From the NCBI GenBank assembly GCA_963719505.1, contig CAVRCF010000005.1, forward strand, positions 672,001-736,000: a stretch of DNA of 64,000 nucleotides, written 5' to 3'. Below the pieces are notes generated by a model. That model was not told the DNA's origin. It made no database searches and was given only the letters and a program-made list of their open reading frames with translations. The stretch comes from Halobacteriovoraceae bacterium. GTDB taxonomy: Bacteria; Bdellovibrionota; Bacteriovoracia; Bacteriovoracales; Bacteriovoracaceae. The position numbers were made by a program, and so were the translations under genes. Positions 58,374 to 64,000 of the stretch are shown here, in pieces (positions within the stretch are counted from its first letter, which is position 1; every line of letters begins with the position of its first letter).

Positions 58374-61371
58374 AGATAAAATTCTTTGCTCGAAGCTGTT
58401 TAATTAAAATATGTTGGGTTGTAATATCGATCATAAATCGACTCCTATCATCTCTATATAAATATTTTCTTTCCAAGGAAAGTTTAAGAGCATTTCTCAC
58501 AACTCCTTTGGGAAGGTTTGAAGTTGAAACGACTTCGTTTGTTGATAAATTTTCGTGCTTTAGAATATGGGCAATGACAAAGAGTTGATCATCTGAGGCA
58601 AAAGCCAAATCGACAAGCTCTACCTCTTTTGGCACATTCACATTAAAAGTTGATTTATTTTTTCGAGAAAGAGCTGTAAGCCAAAGAGCTAATGCAGCTC
58701 TGGGATTCCCTCTGGAGAGCTCCCAAAGAAGCTTAAAAAACTTTGATTCAATTGAAGCATATCTATCAATTTCATCTTGTGACTTAGTTGCACTTATGAG
58801 GAGGTCGTAAGAGAGTTTGTAAGATGACTTTTCATGTCGCTTCATAATTAACTCTTTGATTTTTTCGTCTGACCACCCTTTCAGTTCAAAAACGTTTCTG
58901 AAAAACTGTGTTTTACCAAATGCACAGTCTAAGTAATTCCAACTCGACTTATTAAAAGAAAGAACCCAAAAGATATTTTCAGTCGGAAGGTTTAAGATAT
59001 CTGTTAAGTAATAGTAAGCTTCAAAGCCGCTGGTCTGGGATAAAAAGACATTTTGGCACTCATCGATAACAACAACCTGTTTCTTTTCGTACTTTCTATC
59101 ATGCGAAGGAAGATCAAAATTTACATCATCAACAATATCTAAAGTTTTTGCGATAAATTCCTTCAACGATTTCTTTGTTAGAGTCTTAGCTGGCATCTTT
59201 GTATAAATAAAATCAATATCCTCCCCTACTTGCTCTTCCAATTCTCGGCATAGATGTTTCAAAAGACTTGTCTTACCTATCCCCTTATCACCATAAAGAA
59301 CGAGAGAGTGCTCATCTGACTTTCCACTTTGCCAAAACAAAATATCCTCTTTCAGTTCTTTCTCTGTCTTTTCATCTTGAACAACATAAAGATCATCTTT
59401 TGACAAAGAGTACATTGCAAACTCTTCTTTATAGTCATCTGGGATCGACTTTTCAGAGCCTTCACTCGCCTCAATACTTTCAATTTGTTTTTTAAAAAGA
59501 TTAGCTGAGAGTTTTTTAGAAAAGGTAAAGTTTTCAGTTAAATCAATAATGAAATTAAATAAAGAAAGTATAATAATAGCAATAAATAAGAGAATTGGCT
59601 CAAGCTTACCAGGAACAAAGCTTAGGAATCGGCTAAAACCGTCAACAACAAAGCCTGCAAAGCGAGTCTCTAAATACCTTTTAAATTCTGCTTCCCACAT
59701 TTTCGCAAGTGAGAGAACTTGTACGAAGGAATAGATAAAAACGATAATTTTTATAATCGTAAATATATAAACTTTACCGATGGCCGCTCCGGTAAAAAGA
59801 TTCATCAAAAGATAGAACAACACAATATTTTTAAACTTATTTGAAGTAAGATCAGCTTTTTTTCTAAAGGACAAATAACTAGTTGAGTTAACCGAAGAAA
59901 CTGAGCTTAAAAATAAAGTAAGTGCTGCTTTGACAAGTCGAGAAATGATAATGATTTCAAAAAATCTCAAGAAGAAACTATATTCTAAGAAAAGCTGATT
60001 CTTCTGTATAATAAGGATGGAAATTATCCATAGTATTTCTTTTGAGTTATCTTTAATTTTGTTCCATCCACTTGAGAGTGTATTGAACAGCTTCGAGTTC
60101 CTTCTTTTTATCGCCTGCGTTCTTAGAGTTTTCGTTATGATTCCCTCAAGTTTTACAAACCCTTTGTTTAAACCAAATAAAACAAGGATCAAAAGAACAA
60201 GCCTAAAAAGCATAAAAGCAATCTCGGCATATCCACTGCGACCTCTATAGAGCATCTCTCTAATTTTAAAATAACTTGAGTAGGCATAGCTTAAAAGCCT
60301 ATAAGGAGAAAGCTTTACTTCTTCAACAATCAAAGTCATCCCCTGAATCGAAAAGATACGTTGAACTTTATAAGCAAAACTTGACTGCGCAAACAATGTT
60401 GAACGCAAGGAGTTCACTTGAACGAGAAGATCGTTTAAGAGCTTGAGTTCACTCTCTTTTTTATCGGTTAGAGAAATTATGGACTCTTGTTTAAGATTGA
60501 CAATACTTTGCCACAAAGAAATAACTTCCTCTCTTTGTTTTTTTGGAAGCTCTTGCAATCGAGCAGGAAGAATGGGGATAGAGGGAAACTCAAAAGAGAT
60601 TTCCGTATCTAAAAGATGAGAAACATTCTCTTTTGAAACTTCTAGCCAGAGAGCTTCAAGAACTTCAAAGTCCTTGTATGTCGCTGGCATTTTATCTTCT
60701 ATGTATTTTATTTTTGTCTCAAGGCTGGAGTTATACTCAATTTGTTTTTCTAAAAGTTCAATTTTTATTTTCTTAAGAGTTTTGGTATAGAGAATGAGCT
60801 CTTTTTGTAAAACATCCTTGGTAGACTCTATCTTAACTTCATCGTCGGCAAGAGATTTTTCAAGTAGGACTTTCTCATTCTCTGAGATATCATTAGATTT
60901 GGAAAGTTGGTCTTTTAAGCTTGGAATAGCACTGGAATTATCAAGATTAGATTTTAAGGCATTATTAAGTTTTTTATTTTTTTTATAGAGTTCGACTTTT
61001 AAGAGATTTACTTTCTCAGAAAGAGAGATTAAGTCTTCTCTTTGCTCACTTTTATTTAGTTCCATTAAACAATTTACTAAGTATAAATGTTCTGGAGCTA
61101 CGCCCAAATTTCTCTTTTGATCTTGCTTTAGTTTTTCAATAGTTTTGTCATCCAAGACATTGTAGTCATGTTCAAAAACTTCACTTAAGATTGACCCTTC
61201 GACCTTCTCACCCTTAAGAACACTGTTAAGCTGAGTTATTGTTAGATTTAATCGCTGCTGAGCATCTTTATATAAAGAGTTTATATTTTTTTTCTGACAA
61301 TCAATTTGGGTAAAACCTGGGATCGAGAATATGAATATATTGAAGAGTAAAACGCATAATAAATTTTTCAT
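58363..61371 (-). CDS. Large membrane ATPase: periplasmic coiled coil, TM bundle, AAA/STAND-like NTPase, C-terminal wHTH-like region
   Basis: Signal peptide; Walker A GDKGIGKTS; Walker B VVVIDE; SRGNPR; several hydrophobic helices in the middle. Confidence 0.8.
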   Translation of the reverse strand: MKNLLCVLLFNIFIFSIPGFTQIDCQKKNINSLYKDAQQRLNLTITQLNSVLKGEKVEGSILSEVFEHDYNVLDDKTIEKLKQDQKRNLGVAPEHLYLVNCLMELNKSEQREDLISLSEKVNLLKVELYKKNKKLNNALKSNLDNSSAIPSLKDQLSKSNDISENEKVLLEKSLADDEVKIESTKDVLQKELILYTKTLKKIKIELLEKQIEYNSSLETKIKYIEDKMPATYKDFEVLEALWLEVSKENVSHLLDTEISFEFPSIPILPARLQELPKKQREEVISLWQSIVNLKQESIISLTDKKESELKLLNDLLVQVNSLRSTLFAQSSFAYKVQRIFSIQGMTLIVEEVKLSPYRLLSYAYSSYFKIREMLYRGRSGYAEIAFMLFRLVLLILVLFGLNKGFVKLEGIITKTLRTQAIKRRNSKLFNTLSSGWNKIKDNSKEILWIISILIIQKNQLFLEYSFFLRFFEIIIISRLVKAALTLFLSSVSSVNSTSYLSFRKKADLTSNKFKNIVLFYLLMNLFTGAAIGKVYIFTIIKIIVFIYSFVQVLSLAKMWEAEFKRYLETRFAGFVVDGFSRFLSFVPGKLEPILLFIAIIILSLFNFIIDLTENFTFSKKLSANLFKKQIESIEASEGSEKSIPDDYKEEFAMYSLSKDDLYVVQDEKTEKELKEDILFWQSGKSDEHSLVLYGDKGIGKTSLLKHLCRELEEQVGEDIDFIYTKMPAKTLTKKSLKEFIAKTLDIVDDVNFDLPSHDRKYEKKQVVVIDECQNVFLSQTSGFEAYYYLTDILNLPTENIFWVLSFNKSSWNYLDCAFGKTQFFRNVFELKGWSDEKIKELIMKRHEKSSYKLSYDLLISATKSQDEIDRYASIESKFFKLLWELSRGNPRAALALWLTALSRKNKSTFNVNVPKEVELVDLAFASDDQLFVIAHILKHENLSTNEVVSTSNLPKGVVRNALKLSLERKYLYRDDRSRFMIDITTQHILIKQLRAKNFIYGN

Positions 61372-61438
61372 ATTTAATCTTATAAACTATGATTTCCTTA
61401 AGCAATTTTTAATTTTAACTCAACGCAGTGGGTAAGAC

Positions 61439-61804
61439 ATGATAAAAAGTTTGGCTTTAATTGCCCATGATCATCAAAAAGATAAATTAGTCGATTTCGC
61501 AAAAAGAAATTTCAAAGAGCTATCCGGCTTAGAGCTTTATGCGACCGGAACGACAGCTAAAAGGCTTGCGCAGATAGGACTGACAAATATTACAGCTGTG
61601 GCCAGCGGTCCTCATGGAGGAGATCTTCAAATTGGATCTCTTATTGTCGAAGACAAAATTGATGGAATGATCTTTTTATGGGATCCGCTCTCCCCACAAC
61701 CCCACGATGTTGATGTTAAGGCGCTTTTGAGAATTGCAGTTTTAAAAAATATTTTCTTGGCCAGTAATTTGAGATCAGCTGAGAGCCTTATCCACCACCT
61801 TTAG
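61439..61804 (+). CDS. mgsA: Methylglyoxal synthase
   Basis: ALIAHD..K, ATGTT, SGPHGGDLQIG, QPHDVDVKALLR. Confidence 0.95.
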   Translation: MIKSLALIAHDHQKDKLVDFAKRNFKELSGLELYATGTTAKRLAQIGLTNITAVASGPHGGDLQIGSLIVEDKIDGMIFLWDPLSPQPHDVDVKALLRIAVLKNIFLASNLRSAESLIHHL

Positions 61805-62701
61805 ATCCAGCGCGGGCCTGGTCGATAATTCTAAAGTTGATACGGCTAGTTCGACCTCTCCTGCAGAATCATTAATCTTTTTAAGTATCGTCCTCGTGAG
61901 TAGATCTTTTGTTTTTCGTCGAAGTTTATAGTTTGTAATATACCTTAAGGTAAATTTAATTCCAGATGGGTCTATCAAACAAGTAACCATATGATCAATT
62001 TGGGCATCTTCGATCATAAATTTTCGAACCAGGTTCTTCCACTCTTCTTTTGATTCAATTTCAAACTGTTCAACAACTTCTTTAGCACTACTCTTTAGGA
62101 TTTCATCTGTTATTGCAATATCAGACTCAGATCTCACGACAATAGAGAGTTCATCCCACAAAAAAGGATACTCTCCAGAGTAGTTAAATACTGGCTCTTT
62201 AAAAACGAAGCTATTTAAAAGTCTTACAGTTCTTCCGTTGTAAAGATCGCCGTCGACCCAGTCTCCAATCTCCATCATGGTCGTTCTAAGGAGACCAATA
62301 TCAATAACATCTCCCCTTATACCACCGAGCTTTACTCGATCTCCTACACGATAAAAGTTATTAAAGGTGATAGCAAACCACCCAGCGAAAGAGGCTATTA
62401 CCTCTTGTAAGGCAAAGGCAATCCCTGCACCAGCAACTCCAAAAGCGACAGAAACCTCTCCTAGTTTGTCTGTGAAAATAACAATACTTGCGATAACGAT
62501 GAGTAAATAACTTAGAAAGCTTACAACTTTTTGAGATTGATATCGAGATGAGACAGAACTTACTTTTTTTCTAAAGTAAGTTTTTATAAATCTTGATATA
62601 CCCACGATAACTACGATCGTAATGATATAAATGACGATCTTTGACACCGCTGGATCAAAAAGCCATTTTTCTAGTTCTACATAATTCATTTTATTCTCCA
62701 C
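61775..62701 (-). CDS. MscS-family mechanosensitive channel
   Basis: GIAFALQE, YRVGDRV..GGIRGDVIDIG, PFLWDE. Confidence 0.93.
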   Translation of the reverse strand: MENKMNYVELEKWLFDPAVSKIVIYIITIVVIVGISRFIKTYFRKKVSSVSSRYQSQKVVSFLSYLLIVIASIVIFTDKLGEVSVAFGVAGAGIAFALQEVIASFAGWFAITFNNFYRVGDRVKLGGIRGDVIDIGLLRTTMMEIGDWVDGDLYNGRTVRLLNSFVFKEPVFNYSGEYPFLWDELSIVVRSESDIAITDEILKSSAKEVVEQFEIESKEEWKNLVRKFMIEDAQIDHMVTCLIDPSGIKFTLRYITNYKLRRKTKDLLTRTILKKINDSAGEVELAVSTLELSTRPALDLKVVDKALS

Positions 62702-62816
62702 CCTTACACCTTACTAAATAATACTTAGTACAAAAATGCAAACTCAGCACAATATAATGGCCAGTCAATCTCTCAACATATCTAGTAAAAGAGTGAAGTC
62801 GTGCCTTTGAACTCTT

Positions 62817-62847
62817 AAAAAAAAGAGGGAAAGCAAAGCTTCCCCCC
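62817..62847 (-). terminator. Intrinsic terminator
   Basis: Minus strand GGGAAGC-TTT-GCTTTCC hairpin followed by a long T-tract. Confidence 0.75.
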
Positions 62848-62870
62848 AATATAACTATAAAAAAATAGTT

Positions 62871-63398
62871 TTAGTATGTATAACCTAAAGTCAAAAAGCC
62901 ATAAGCGTTTTCACCTGCTAAGTCATCATTTGACCAATTTAGAGCTGTCATGTACTCAAGCCCTACTGACCAATCTCTATTTAGGTAGTAAGAAGATCCG
63001 ATTCTAAAGAGCGGACCGAAGGTCGTTTCGTCATCGTCAGTGTCTCCAGCATCTTCGTGTCTCATTATAGCAAGACCAGTACCAAGATAGACATCTGCAT
63101 TTGAGTTATCCTCCAGATGATGAATAAGGGAGGATCCGACAAGTAATTGTCTATCTTTTTGACCTAAACCGTCAGCTCCATTATCCCCAGAACTCATAAC
63201 AAGGGCATCGACACCTAAAGAGCCTTTTCTTCTTTCATGAGAAACACCACCGTTAAAAGTTGTATTTGAAAACCCACCGTATAACTTAGATATACCTGTT
63301 GAATTTTCCCAGTTTCTCTCGATCTTCTCTTCCAAATCTGCCATGGCAGCACCAGAGATTAGTGCTGTTGACAGCAATGTTGCATTTAAAACTTTCAT
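62871..63398 (-). CDS. Small outer-membrane beta-barrel (OmpW/OmpA-like)
   Basis: Signal peptide; VYLGTGL, SYYLNRDWSVGLEY, C-terminal LGYTY. Confidence 0.8.
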   Translation of the reverse strand: MKVLNATLLSTALISGAAMADLEEKIERNWENSTGISKLYGGFSNTTFNGGVSHERRKGSLGVDALVMSSGDNGADGLGQKDRQLLVGSSLIHHLEDNSNADVYLGTGLAIMRHEDAGDTDDDETTFGPLFRIGSSYYLNRDWSVGLEYMTALNWSNDDLAGENAYGFLTLGYTY

Positions 63399-63428
63399 TC
63401 TTTATAATCCTTTATTCAAATTTAATAC

Positions 63429-63602
63429 TTATACGTTTTTAGATTTTGAAGCCATCCCTCTGATCAGAGAAATAACAAAGAATGCTAAAAACAAGAAAAA
63501 ACAAATTTTTGCAAATCCTGCGGCAGCACCTGCAACTCCGCCAAAACCTAGAACTGCAGCAATAATTGAAATGAATAAAAATGTGATTGTCCAACTTAAC
63601 AT
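63429..63602 (-). CDS. DUF1328/YtjA (UPF0391) small membrane stress protein, missing from the ORF track
   Basis: [57 protein letters not shown]. Confidence 0.92.
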   Translation of the reverse strand: MLSWTITFLFISIIAAVLGFGGVAGAAAGFAKICFFLFLAFFVISLIRGMASKSKNV

Positions 63603-63678
63603 AAAAACCTCCTAAAGTTTTGTTGTTATAAGATTAGTCCAAATAAACTCTTCATTCCTGCCCAGTTAGTTTAGTAAA

Positions 63679-63696
63679 TGTGTAAAATTATAAACA
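63679..63696 (-). promoter_or_regulatory. Island box 10
   Basis: TGTGTA-aaatta-TAAACA; minus TAATCT at 63636-63631 (gap 42). Confidence 0.8.
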
Positions 63697-63711
63697 TGAT
63701 GGATACTTCAC

Positions 63712-63740
63712 CTTGACAGCGAACTTTTCGACCTTATCTT
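63712..63740 (+). promoter_or_regulatory. Promoter of the Clp gene (sigma70- or sigma32-like)
   Basis: CTTGACA then CCTTAT/TATCTT. Confidence 0.5.
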
Positions 63741-63764
63741 ATAAATGTATATAGCGAAGGAGTT

Positions 63765-64000
63765 ATGATGAACAATTTTAATAAGATAGTTGAAGGTTCT
63801 TTAAGTATAGCGCAGTCAAAGGCTATTGAGCTCAAAAACACGGAGCTAGTGCCAATGCATCTTCTTTATGGTCTCATAAAGAACCCCGCAAGCTATGTCT
63901 CAAAAAATTTAAAAGAGCAAATTGATCAGATTGAAGCAAACCTAGGTAATTTACCAACTTCTTCCTCTATTAAAGAAGATAGTATAAGACCAAGTTCAAA
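63765..64000 (+). CDS. clpB: ClpB/ClpC-type chaperone, N-terminal Clp repeat (partial)
   Basis: AAGGAG RBS; SLSIAQSKAIELKNTELVPMHLLYGL; runs off the window. Confidence 0.65.
   Translation, partial: MMNNFNKIVEGSLSIAQSKAIELKNTELVPMHLLYGLIKNPASYVSKNLKEQIDQIEANLGNLPTSSSIKEDSIRPSS

Noticed and set aside
48233-62780. Degenerate extra boxes at 48233-48250 and 62763-62780
   Set aside because: Too many mismatches and no -10 at 42 nt.
63343-63615. 90-aa plus-strand ORF
   Set aside because: Antisense shadow of the DUF1328 gene.
37310-63765. att sites or terminal repeats bounding the island
   Set aside because: No direct repeat or mobility gene found by eye, so mobility is unsupported.

Overview
AT-rich bacterial chromosome segment that looks like a Bacteriovoracaceae/Halobacteriovorax-type predator (Bdellovibrionota). 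This is inferred from the short 277-aa flagellins and the many secreted proteases and lipoproteins. 1-37.3 kb holds ordinary genes: two tandem flagellins with sigma28 promoters and GGA-loop leaders, a secreted hydrolase cluster (S8, S1, two protein-glutaminase-like, S41), polB, fadH, a minimal CheA and a CheY on back-to-back sigma28 promoters, three photolyase/cryptochrome genes, selO, rbgA and a SWIB protein. 37.3-63.7 kb is a 26-kb general-stress-type gene island: hybrid kinase, Hpt, OmpR regulator, two CsbD, Dps, GdhA, PA2169-like, HPF-like, Ctc/L25, BON proteins, LEA-like lipoprotein, two PAP2, two MscS, a large membrane AAA/STAND-like ATPase, MgsA and DUF1328. The main discovery is a palindromic 18-bp box, TGTGTA-N6-TACACA. 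It occurs 10 times, all in or at the edge of intergenic regions of this island, and sits 42 nt (41-43) upstream of a TAnnnT -10 element. This defines a candidate undescribed activator-controlled stress regulon, which includes a probable small RNA. No CRISPR, tRNA, rRNA, integrase or transposase was recognised. Three frameshifts suggest some sequencing errors. All family calls come from motif recognition by eye, not from database searches.
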